A DNA stretch of 24,700 nucleotides from an uncultured Candidatus Peribacteria bacterium (GTDB lineage Bacteria > Patescibacteriota > Gracilibacteria > Peribacterales > Peribacteraceae). The notes under the pieces were generated by a model that was given only the letters and a program-made list of their open reading frames with translations, was not told the DNA's origin and did no database searches. The position numbers and the translations under genes were made by a program. Of the stretch, positions 16,621 to 24,290 are shown piece by piece; the stretch's first letter is position 1; each line of letters opens with the position of its first letter. The stretch is taken from the NCBI GenBank assembly GCA_964632925.1, contig CAZWCH010000002.1:1-24700 (forward strand). Reading direction: 5' to 3'.

Positions 16621-16870
16621 GGACGCATCGAGAGATTCGTGACTTTTTTCGCGCAGCGTTTCGAGGATGGATGATGTGCTTCTTGGCAGCCATGTCGATG
16701 GACTTCATAGCCAAAGGAAGAAGAGACCGCGCCTCTTCAACCTTCCCCGCAATAGCGGCCTCCATAGTCTTGCGCATCATCGTCTTCATATAAGTCCGCT
16801 GCGGCGCCCGCCTCTCCCGTCGCACGCGGTTTTGTCGCGCCGCTCTGATCGCCGAGTGTGTACGAGGCAT
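16601..16870 (-). CDS. rpsT: 30S ribosomal protein S20
   Basis: MPRTHSAIRAARQN...KSIDMAAKKHIIHPRNAARKKSRI, 89 aa. True ATG at 16870. Confidence 0.95.
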   Translation of the reverse strand: MPRTHSAIRAARQNRVRRERRAPQRTYMKTMMRKTMEAAIAGKVEEARSLLPLAMKSIDMAAKKHIIHPRNAARKKSRISRCVHAHPGA

Positions 16871-16876
16871 GCGGCC

Positions 16877-16921
16877 AGTATAGGAAAAGAACATTGACCA
16901 GTCCAGGGCTATCCCTAGAAT
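16877..16921. promoter_or_regulatory. Overlapping divergent promoters of rpsT and glmS
   Basis: Minus: TGGACT (16905-16900), N17, TATACT (16882-16877), ATG 7 nt later. Plus: TTGACC (16894-16899), N16, TAGAAT (16916-16921), ATG 8 nt later. Confidence 0.65.
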
Positions 16922-16928
16922 GGCCTCT

Positions 16929-18701
16929 ATGTGCGGCATAGTCGGGTATGTCGGGTCGCGGCGCGACGCCAGTTCTCTGGTTCTGAGTGGCCTCAAGAAC
17001 CTTGAATATCGCGGGTACGACTCCTGGGGAATCGCATGGAAAACGGATGAATCGGTACGGGTACAGAAGGACATCGGCAAGGTGAGTCATCTGGACTCCG
17101 CCGCATTCGGATCGTCCTCACCGCTCGCCATCGCTCACACACGCTGGGCAACACACGGCGGCGTTACCAGAGAAAATGCACATCCGCACCTTTCCTGCGA
17201 CGGAACGATAGCGGTTGTCCACAACGGCATCGTCGAGAACCACCAAGAGCTCCGCCGGGAGCTGCTGGAAAAAGGACACCGCTTTCTTTCGGAAACAGAT
17301 ACGGAGATCGTCGCGCATCTCGTGGAAGAGGAAAGGAAGATGACACCGGACTTCGGCGCCGCTTTCCGCAAGGCGTGTCTGCGCTGCAAGGGACGCAACG
17401 CTTTTCTCGCCATGCACACGCAATCGCAGACCATCGTCGCCGCCCGCACCGGATCGCCCCTGATCGTCGGCGTGGACTCCGACGGCTATTTCATCGCCTC
17501 CGACACGCCCGCCTTCCTCGCGTATACGCACACCGTTCAGTACATCGATGATGGCGAAATGGCTGTGACGGACGGCAGCGGCATCCTCTTCTACGACATC
17601 GCGACCGGCGCGGAGAGAACGAAGCGCGAAATCGAGATCACTTGGGTAGCGGAACAGGCGCAAAGAGGCAGTTACGCGCACTTCATGCTCAAGGAAATCA
17701 TGGACCAGAAGGAATCGGTCGCACGCGCGGTGAATCAGGACGAAGAACAAATTCGCACAATCGTCAGGGCCATCAAGGATGCCAAGGGTACGATCCTCAC
17801 CGCCTGCGGAACGGCGCACAAAGCCTGCATGGCCGCAGAATATTTCTTTTCCGTTGTCGCCGCGAAGCATGTGAACGTCATCTCTGCCGGAGAATTCAAG
17901 CTCTACAACCACTTCCTCATCCCCGATACACTCGTGATCGTCGTGAGTCAGAGCGGCGAGACGGCCGACGTGCTCGAGGCAATGCGCATCGCGAAAGCGA
18001 AGGGCAGCAAAGTACTGGCGATCGTCAATGTGCAGGGATCGACGATAGCGCGGGAGGCTGATTATACCCTCCATATCCACGCGGGTCCCGAGCGCGCCGT
18101 TGCTTCCACGAAAGCCCTCACGGGCCAACTTGCCGTCCTCCTCCTCATCGCACATGCCCTTGCAGGAAAACTCCAGGAGGGAAAGAAGCTCCTCCTGGAA
18201 ACGGCTTCGATGATCAACGACATGTTGAATCCGCGGTACGTGGAACGGATCCGGCAACTCGCCGAGCGCCTGAAGGCGCAGGAAAACTGTTATATCATCG
18301 GACGTAGTTGGAACTATCCCATGGCGCTCGAAAGCGCCATCAAAATTCAGGAGGTGAGCTATATCCATGCCGAGGGATTTGCAGGAGGGGAACTTAAACA
18401 CGGCCCCATCGCCCTTATCGAAGCGGGAACACCCTGCGTCGTACTCGCGGGAAATGATGAAGTGACCCCCGACATCCTGAGCAATGCCACACAGCTGAAA
18501 GCGCGGGGCGGTTTCCTCATCGGCATTGCACCAGAACGGAACGATGTCTTCGATGAGTGGATCCGCGTCCCCGACGTCGGCGCGGCCCAGGCGCTCGTCA
18601 ATATCATTCCCATCCAGGTCCTTGCCTACTTCCTCGCCGTCCAACGAGGAAAGGATCCCGACATGCCGAGGAATTTGGCAAAAAGCGTGACGGTGAAGTG
18701 A
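16929..18701 (+). CDS. glmS: Glutamine--fructose-6-phosphate aminotransferase (isomerizing)
   Basis: N-terminal MCGIVGY (catalytic Cys after Met removal), LEYRGYDSWG, HTRWATHG, HNGIVEN, SQSGETAD, GELKHGPIAL, PRNLAKSVTV. Start re-assigned to 16929. Confidence 0.98.
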   Translation: MCGIVGYVGSRRDASSLVLSGLKNLEYRGYDSWGIAWKTDESVRVQKDIGKVSHLDSAAFGSSSPLAIAHTRWATHGGVTRENAHPHLSCDGTIAVVHNGIVENHQELRRELLEKGHRFLSETDTEIVAHLVEEERKMTPDFGAAFRKACLRCKGRNAFLAMHTQSQTIVAARTGSPLIVGVDSDGYFIASDTPAFLAYTHTVQYIDDGEMAVTDGSGILFYDIATGAERTKREIEITWVAEQAQRGSYAHFMLKEIMDQKESVARAVNQDEEQIRTIVRAIKDAKGTILTACGTAHKACMAAEYFFSVVAAKHVNVISAGEFKLYNHFLIPDTLVIVVSQSGETADVLEAMRIAKAKGSKVLAIVNVQGSTIAREADYTLHIHAGPERAVASTKALTGQLAVLLLIAHALAGKLQEGKKLLLETASMINDMLNPRYVERIRQLAERLKAQENCYIIGRSWNYPMALESAIKIQEVSYIHAEGFAGGELKHGPIALIEAGTPCVVLAGNDEVTPDILSNATQLKARGGFLIGIAPERNDVFDEWIRVPDVGAAQALVNIIPIQVLAYFLAVQRGKDPDMPRNLAKSVTVK

Positions 18702-18703
18702 AC

Positions 18704-21247
18704 CTATTCCTCGCTCGGCGGAATGCCGTAATACTTAAAAAGGAAGGCGGCGATTTCTTTAAAAATGGGGGCGGCGGCGGCGGCGCCATGCACTGTTTCG
18801 CGATACTTCGGCCGGTCCATCTTTACAATGATCACAAAGCGGGGATTTGGAACAGGACCATAACCGGCGAACGACGCGATGGTCGAACCGGTGCCCGTCT
18901 CGTAACGTCCGCCGGGGCCGGCGATCTGACTTGTCCCCGTCTTCGCGGCAATACGGTATCCCGGAACGCGCCCGGCTTTCGCGAACCCTTTTTCCGCGGC
19001 GCTCACCAGCATCGCCGTGATCGTTTCCGACACGTCCGGGGTGATCACCTGATCCAACACTCGCATGGACGTCATATCCACCGTCCCGTCCGCGCGGCGG
19101 ATGCCGTCGATCACCGTCGGGTGGAGCAGCTTCCCGCCGTTGGCGAGCGCGCCAAACGCACTCGCCATCTGGATCGGCGTCGCAGTCATGCCCTGGCCGA
19201 ACGATGTCGTGGCAAGGAGTGCGCGACTCCAGCTCCGCCACGGCCGAAGGGTGCCGGGCAGTTCATCATCAAGTTCGATGCCCGTCACGCGCCCAAAGCC
19301 AAAACGTGACAGCATGCTGTAGAGCAACTTGGGACCGAGCTTCGCAGAAACATGCGTCATGCAGGTATTGATGGAAAGTTCCAGGCAATTCGTCATCGTC
19401 ACCTGTCCGTAGTATGCGAGAAGGGCATTCTTGATGGTGTACTCGTCGACCTGCACCGGCCCCGCATCGTCATAGGTATCGGTCGGCACGATCTCTCCCT
19501 GATCGAGAGCAATAGCCATGGTAATGGGCTTCATGATGGAACCAGGTTCGTAGGTTTCCTGCACGACACGATTAAGATAGGCGCCAACGCCGATGGCATT
19601 GCGATACTTCAACCACACTCCCTTGAGATCCGTAGGAAAAATTTCCACGCGATCGTTCTCACCGTAGTAGAGGTAATACCGCGCAATATCCTTGAGATCA
19701 TACGACCGTTCTATCTCCTCGAGCGCGCTGCGTGTTTTGGCACTGAGCTTCTCCCGCCCTTCCGCCGTCGTCACATCGGAGAAATACGCCTTTACCACGC
19801 GCACGCTCGTAATGGGATGGTACAATTCGACGACGATGCCGCGCTCCCGTTCGCCGGACAGCAATATCGCTTCCTTCTCGTACACTCCGCCATACGCATT
19901 GCGATCGAACAGCGGAGCATTGGCCATGGCCAGGACACGCCCCGTGAAGGGATCCAGGACCACCACCTGCGCGCTGTTGGCCTGGAACCTCCGCACGCCA
20001 TCGGCAAGAATGGTTTCCACTTCCTTCTGAATGATGGGGTCGATCGTGAGAATGACCGTGTCTCCGTCCTGCGGATCGATGATGGTTTGCTCCGACGTGA
20101 GGATCTGCCCCCCGGCAGGATCGCTCACCGTGCGAATGAGACCTTCTTGCCCCCGGAGCTGCGGGTTGAACGTCCGCTCCACGCCGTACTGCGGCTCCTG
20201 ATTGGCATTGAGGAATCCCACGACGTGGGAAGCGATGGTGGCATCGGGATAAAAGCGCCAATGTTCCGGGAGCAGGGCAATGCAGCGCAGAGGATCGAGG
20301 ATGCGATCCGCTTCCACCGTGGTGCGCGCCTGGGATTTCCGCGCAAGCGTCTCCTTCCGTGAGCGCAGCAAGAGTTCCTTCACTTTGAGGGAAAGCGCCG
20401 GAGGCAGACGCCGCATGATGGGAACGTAGCGAAGCGGACGGGAACGCAGCGCTTGCTCCATCGCAGCGGCGTCGCTGCGGAGCACTTTCGCGAGCGAACG
20501 AGCGACCGACGCCGCCTGTGATTGCGGCACTGCTTCGGGGTCGGCATAGATCAGATACTGCTCCCATCGCACGGCCACTCCGGAAAGACCCAGCTCCTGT
20601 ACCGCTTCCATTTCCACCTTCGTGGCGCTGTACTTCAACGGTGCAAAGCGGACGCGTTTCTCCGCGATGCGGCGCTCGATGTCCCGCGCAAAGAGTCGCC
20701 GCGCCTCGGACAAATCCGGCACGACGACGCCGCGCGGATGGATGGAAGGAATCGTGGATGGCAGTCGCTCCAGGAGCGCACCCGACGATTGTATGGAACG
20801 CGCGAACGTGAGGGGATCGAACAATTGCTCGAAAAATGGCATGAGTTCACGAGGGCACGACGGCATGGCGCGAGCGCACTGATCGTAAAACTCCTCGGTA
20901 AAGAGAACGGACGAAACCGTGTCGGCCACCACGGCCGGGTCATCCACCACCAGCGGATCGATGTAGAGAAGGGCGAGCGTGGTATTCGTCGCGAGAATGG
21001 CATGCTCTCCCGTCTTGCTGTTCACACCAAAAACTTCCCCGCGGCGAGCCGGGAGAACGACGCCGCCATAATGCTGCTCCTGCGCCGCCCGGCGATAGTC
21101 GGCACCCTTAAAAAGCTGCAGGTCCATAAGCCGCGCAATGACAATGAGAAGCCCCGCGAGGAACACCCCATGAAGGATGAGAATGCGCCGCGCAAGCGAC
21201 CGGCGCTTGTGGACCTCGACTGAGGGGACCCGCAATCGCAAAAGCAT
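18704..21247 (-). CDS. Class B penicillin-binding protein (FtsI/PBP2-like) with large insertions
   Basis: N-terminal TM helix, ARRGEVF, RFYP...ASHVVG, LTID..IQ, and transpeptidase motifs EPGSIMK (SxxK), SIN (SxN), KTGT. Start re-assigned from 21289 to 21247. Confidence 0.92.
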   Translation of the reverse strand: MLLRLRVPSVEVHKRRSLARRILILHGVFLAGLLIVIARLMDLQLFKGADYRRAAQEQHYGGVVLPARRGEVFGVNSKTGEHAILATNTTLALLYIDPLVVDDPAVVADTVSSVLFTEEFYDQCARAMPSCPRELMPFFEQLFDPLTFARSIQSSGALLERLPSTIPSIHPRGVVVPDLSEARRLFARDIERRIAEKRVRFAPLKYSATKVEMEAVQELGLSGVAVRWEQYLIYADPEAVPQSQAASVARSLAKVLRSDAAAMEQALRSRPLRYVPIMRRLPPALSLKVKELLLRSRKETLARKSQARTTVEADRILDPLRCIALLPEHWRFYPDATIASHVVGFLNANQEPQYGVERTFNPQLRGQEGLIRTVSDPAGGQILTSEQTIIDPQDGDTVILTIDPIIQKEVETILADGVRRFQANSAQVVVLDPFTGRVLAMANAPLFDRNAYGGVYEKEAILLSGERERGIVVELYHPITSVRVVKAYFSDVTTAEGREKLSAKTRSALEEIERSYDLKDIARYYLYYGENDRVEIFPTDLKGVWLKYRNAIGVGAYLNRVVQETYEPGSIMKPITMAIALDQGEIVPTDTYDDAGPVQVDEYTIKNALLAYYGQVTMTNCLELSINTCMTHVSAKLGPKLLYSMLSRFGFGRVTGIELDDELPGTLRPWRSWSRALLATTSFGQGMTATPIQMASAFGALANGGKLLHPTVIDGIRRADGTVDMTSMRVLDQVITPDVSETITAMLVSAAEKGFAKAGRVPGYRIAAKTGTSQIAGPGGRYETGTGSTIASFAGYGPVPNPRFVIIVKMDRPKYRETVHGAAAAAPIFKEIAAFLFKYYGIPPSEE

Positions 21248-21268
21248 GGAAAAAAGGCGAAGATCCGC

Positions 21269-21302
21269 AGTATAGCAACACGCCGTCATTCCGTGCTATA
21301 AT
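21269..21302. promoter_or_regulatory. Back-to-back extended -10 promoters for PBP (minus) and secretion ATPase (plus)
   Basis: Minus TGCTATACT (21277-21269). Plus TGCTATAAT (21294-21302), a perfect extended -10, with ATG at 21309, 7 nt downstream. Confidence 0.75.
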
Positions 21303-21308
21303 GGGGAG

Positions 21309-22445
21309 ATGCAACATCCGGATTTCTCCAGTATGGGAGGGGAAGAACTCCTGAAAGCACTGCAGGAATACTGCGTACACAAGGGGGTGTCGGACATCCA
21401 CACGTCACCGGAAAAGACGGAGGTGCGGCTCGAGATCCGTCTCCATGGCATGTTGGATGTCCTGAAACCCATCAGTCATGCCACCTACACCGACTTCATG
21501 CGGCGCGTGAAATTCCTCTCCAAGTTAAAACTGAATGTCACGAACATTCCACAGGACGGGCAATACACTTTTCAGGTACAAGAATCAGCCACGAGCAACC
21601 AGCAACAAGCAACCACACGAACGGTGAACGTCCGCGTCGCCACCATTCCTTCGCGATTCGGGGAAACAACGACGCTCCGCCTCCTGGATCCGAAGCGCGG
21701 CATCATCCCCCTCGAAGAACTCGGCTTTCCCAAAGAAATTCACGAAAAGCTCGCCGAACTCGTCCATCTTCCCAACGGTCTCATGCTCGTCACCGGACCA
21801 ACGGGATCAGGAAAGACGACCACGCTGTACTCCCTTCTCTCCATGATCATCGGAACAAAAAGGAACATCATCACATTGGAAGACCCCATCGAATATGAAA
21901 TCGCCGGCATCGTGCAAAGCGAGGTGGACCCCGACCACGATTTCACATTCGCCACGGGACTCCGCTCCATCCTCCGCCACGACCCCAACGTCATTCTCGT
22001 CGGAGAGATCCGTGACCTCGAGACCGCGCAGACCGCCATCGATGCCGCGCTCACGGGACACCTCGTTCTCGCAACGCTCCATACGAACTCCGCAGTGGAG
22101 GCCGTTCCGCGCCTCCTCTCCATGGGCGTCAGTCCCTACACGTTCGCGCCGTCGCTCCGCGGCATTCTCGCGCAGCGCCTCGTGCGCACGCTCGCAGAGA
22201 TATACAGGACAGAAGGCACCCCCTATGATCCCGCGAACCCGGACATCTACAACGGACGCTGCGTAGTGCCGGAGCTTTTCATGACCAGCCCGGCGATCCG
22301 GGACATGATCCTCACGCAGGAACCAGCATCGGCCCTCCTGGCACAGGCAACGAAAGAAGGATACAAGACCATGCGACAATGGGGAGAGAGCATGGTGCAA
22401 ACGCGCGTCACCACGCGGGAAGAAATCGAGCGCGTGACAATGTGA
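21309..22445 (+). CDS. GspE/PilB/ComGA-family secretion or pilus-assembly ATPase (short form)
   Basis: SDIH, PQDG, Walker A GPTGSGKTT, Asp box ITLEDPIE, LRHDPNVILVGEIRD, His box TGHLVLATLH. 378 aa. Confidence 0.93.
   Translation: MQHPDFSSMGGEELLKALQEYCVHKGVSDIHTSPEKTEVRLEIRLHGMLDVLKPISHATYTDFMRRVKFLSKLKLNVTNIPQDGQYTFQVQESATSNQQQATTRTVNVRVATIPSRFGETTTLRLLDPKRGIIPLEELGFPKEIHEKLAELVHLPNGLMLVTGPTGSGKTTTLYSLLSMIIGTKRNIITLEDPIEYEIAGIVQSEVDPDHDFTFATGLRSILRHDPNVILVGEIRDLETAQTAIDAALTGHLVLATLHTNSAVEAVPRLLSMGVSPYTFAPSLRGILAQRLVRTLAEIYRTEGTPYDPANPDIYNGRCVVPELFMTSPAIRDMILTQEPASALLAQATKEGYKTMRQWGESMVQTRVTTREEIERVTM
21593..21613 (+). repeat. 7-nt-period tandem repeat inside the ATPase CDS
   Basis: GAGCAAC CAGCAAC AAGCAAC, encoding the SNQQQAT segment. 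Confidence 0.8.
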
Positions 22446-22461
22446 GCACGCTTGCCGTACG

Positions 22462-24204
22462 ATGGACAACTCCGTGCTTTTTCGACGACGCCGTTTCCGG
22501 CATGGCTACCTCAACTCCGCGCACCGTGAACGCGCCATCAGTGTGTGGGTATACGTCGGCATCGTCGCAGGTATCGTCATCGGCGGCATCGCACTCTGGA
22601 AGCTCCTCACATGGATCCAGGCGGATTGGCGGGTGGAACACCCGGAAGCAGTGGCGCAGGTGGAAAGCGGTAACGCCGCGACCATAGCGGTGGACGGGAA
22701 CGACCCGCTCCGCATAGAAGGAACGGTGAAAATGTACGAAGGGGACGCCATCCACACGGAGGCGCGCAGCACGGCTGCGGTAGCATTCTTCGACACAACG
22801 CGCATGCACCTCGACGGGGAAACGAGTCTCACCATCGAAAACATGCGGCGCGGAAGACAGAAGGATGCCATCGGTATCGAGCTTTCGCGCGGCACGATAT
22901 GGATCGCCACCCCAAAGACGACCGCATCGGGAACAATGCGCCGCGTGACGACTCCCGTGTTCTCTCTGGAATTCCCCCCGGGGACGGAAGCGCTCGTAAG
23001 CGAGAGATCACTCGCCGTTTTTGACTCCGGTGATGCGCTCGGCGTCGTCCTCCGCATACCGGGCGCGCCATCGGAACTGTACATCGGTGAAGGACAACAG
23101 ATCGCTCTTCCCGCAGAACTGCGGGCGCAGGAACAGAATCTTTACGCCTTCCGCTCTCCCCTCGATGCCGTTCTCTCTGCGACGCCATTTGTGGAAAACA
23201 GCCGGCGCGCTCCGGCCACAGCGGTCGCGCAACAGGAAGAGCGGCAGCTTCCCGCAGAGGAAATCCTCCACGTCCTCGCCCCGGAGGAAGGAGAAATGAG
23301 CAGAGAAAGCTCCATAGCGGTCAGCGGAACCATCGGAAAAGGAGTGGCCTCCATTAGGGTCAACGGTTACCCCGCAACGATCAAAGGCAATGCTTTTTCC
23401 CAGGAACTCGCTCTCCCGAATGACGAGGAAGTGAATATTCGCATCGCGGCCCTGGATGGGAACGGCATTGTCATCGCCGAGCAATCCCGCACCGTGCGGC
23501 GCGATCTCCAGCCTCCCGCACCACCAGCCATTCTCCTGCCTGCGGGATCTGGAGCGACATTCCGCACGGCAAAAACGGAATTGGAGCTCCGCGGCACCGC
23601 CGCCAAAGGCATTGCCGGCATCATGGTCAACGATTACCGCTTGCAACTCTTCCAGGCGGGGGACACCGCATGGAGCTACCTCGCGAGCACGAAGCTCGGC
23701 AACCTGCAGTGGGGCATGAATGCGTACGATGTCGTCGCCATCGACGACGCCGGCAACCGCAGCGCCACCGCTCGCATAACGATCCTCCTCGAACAAGGGG
23801 AAGAGGGCATCGTAACAAGCAAACAGCCGGGAACGGGAGACCAGGAACCGGGAACGATGAACCAGAACCAAGAAACGCCGGCTCCGATCCTCCGACACAA
23901 TCCCCCGAAAGAACCGGGATCCCTCCGGATGACCGCCCCCACAAACGGAGAGCCGTACACGACGTCACGGTTGGAATTCTCCATCTACGGAACGACGTCG
24001 CCGAGCACCCACACGGTATGGGTCAATGATTTCCGCCTGCGGCTCTACCAGCCGGGCAATGATGCCTGGAAATACATCGCCAGTATCCCGATGGGAACCA
24101 TGAAGCGCGGAGAGAACGTCTACATCGTCATCACCCGCGACGAAGAGGGGAACATTCTCGATCGAAAGGAGTACACGGTGATTTTTAAACCGGAGAGGGA
24201 GTAA
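22462..24204 (+). CDS. Single-pass membrane protein with FecR-like beta domain and three Ig-like domains
   Basis: TM VWVYVGIVAGIVIGGIALW; FecR-like YEGDAIHT...AVAFFDTTRMHLDGETSL...IELSRGTIW; Ig-like repeats with V.G...I.VN...W.Y...G.N.Y.V.A.D..GN. Confidence 0.75.
   Translation: MDNSVLFRRRRFRHGYLNSAHRERAISVWVYVGIVAGIVIGGIALWKLLTWIQADWRVEHPEAVAQVESGNAATIAVDGNDPLRIEGTVKMYEGDAIHTEARSTAAVAFFDTTRMHLDGETSLTIENMRRGRQKDAIGIELSRGTIWIATPKTTASGTMRRVTTPVFSLEFPPGTEALVSERSLAVFDSGDALGVVLRIPGAPSELYIGEGQQIALPAELRAQEQNLYAFRSPLDAVLSATPFVENSRRAPATAVAQQEERQLPAEEILHVLAPEEGEMSRESSIAVSGTIGKGVASIRVNGYPATIKGNAFSQELALPNDEEVNIRIAALDGNGIVIAEQSRTVRRDLQPPAPPAILLPAGSGATFRTAKTELELRGTAAKGIAGIMVNDYRLQLFQAGDTAWSYLASTKLGNLQWGMNAYDVVAIDDAGNRSATARITILLEQGEEGIVTSKQPGTGDQEPGTMNQNQETPAPILRHNPPKEPGSLRMTAPTNGEPYTTSRLEFSIYGTTSPSTHTVWVNDFRLRLYQPGNDAWKYIASIPMGTMKRGENVYIVITRDEEGNILDRKEYTVIFKPERE
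23827..23868 (+). repeat. 7-nt-period degenerate tandem repeat inside the FecR-Ig CDS linker
   Basis: CCGGGAA CGGGAGA CCAGGAA CCGGGAA CGATGAA CCAGAAC, encoding PGTGDQEPGTMNQN. Confidence 0.7.
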
Positions 24205-24212
24205 TGAAGCAC

Positions 24213-24279
24213 CGAGCCATCCGGCTCGAGCGCAAACCGACGCGGTTCGGATTCGTCGGGCAAGGAAGAGCTGGATGGC
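24213..24279. other. Long imperfect stem-loop between convergent genes (structured RNA or atypical terminator)
   Basis: GCCATCCGGCTC (24216-24227) pairs with GAGCTGGATGGC (24268-24279), with one G-U pair on +. Inner stem CCGACG/CGTCGG (24237-24242/24254-24259). No U-tract on either strand. Confidence 0.5.
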
Positions 24280-24290
24280 GAGGAGCGGAA

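Noticed and set aside
16883-16928. glmS ribozyme upstream of glmS
   Set aside because: The region is only 58 bp, is filled by two promoters, and shows no ribozyme core.
17118-18644. Long antisense ORFs (508 aa opposite glmS; also 9162..10868, 5898..7379, 11837..12835, 19352..20362)
   Set aside because: They lie opposite well-supported genes, have no recognisable motifs, and are expected in GC-rich DNA with biased codon usage.
21248-21289. Upstream ATG starts in the ORF track (21289, 16211, 14440, 12036, 8000, 17080)
   Set aside because: They lie upstream of the predicted promoters or inside neighbouring genes and add non-homologous sequence.
22462-22620. FecR protein acting as anti-sigma factor for the nearby sigma4-only protein
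   Set aside because: Only about 27 residues precede the TM helix, too few for the cytoplasmic anti-sigma domain, and the genes are 6 kb apart in different units.
24255-24275. SRP (4.5S) RNA, suggested by AAGGAAGAGC
   Set aside because: The GNRA tetraloop and the CAGG/AGCA symmetric loop geometry of SRP helix 8 cannot be formed.
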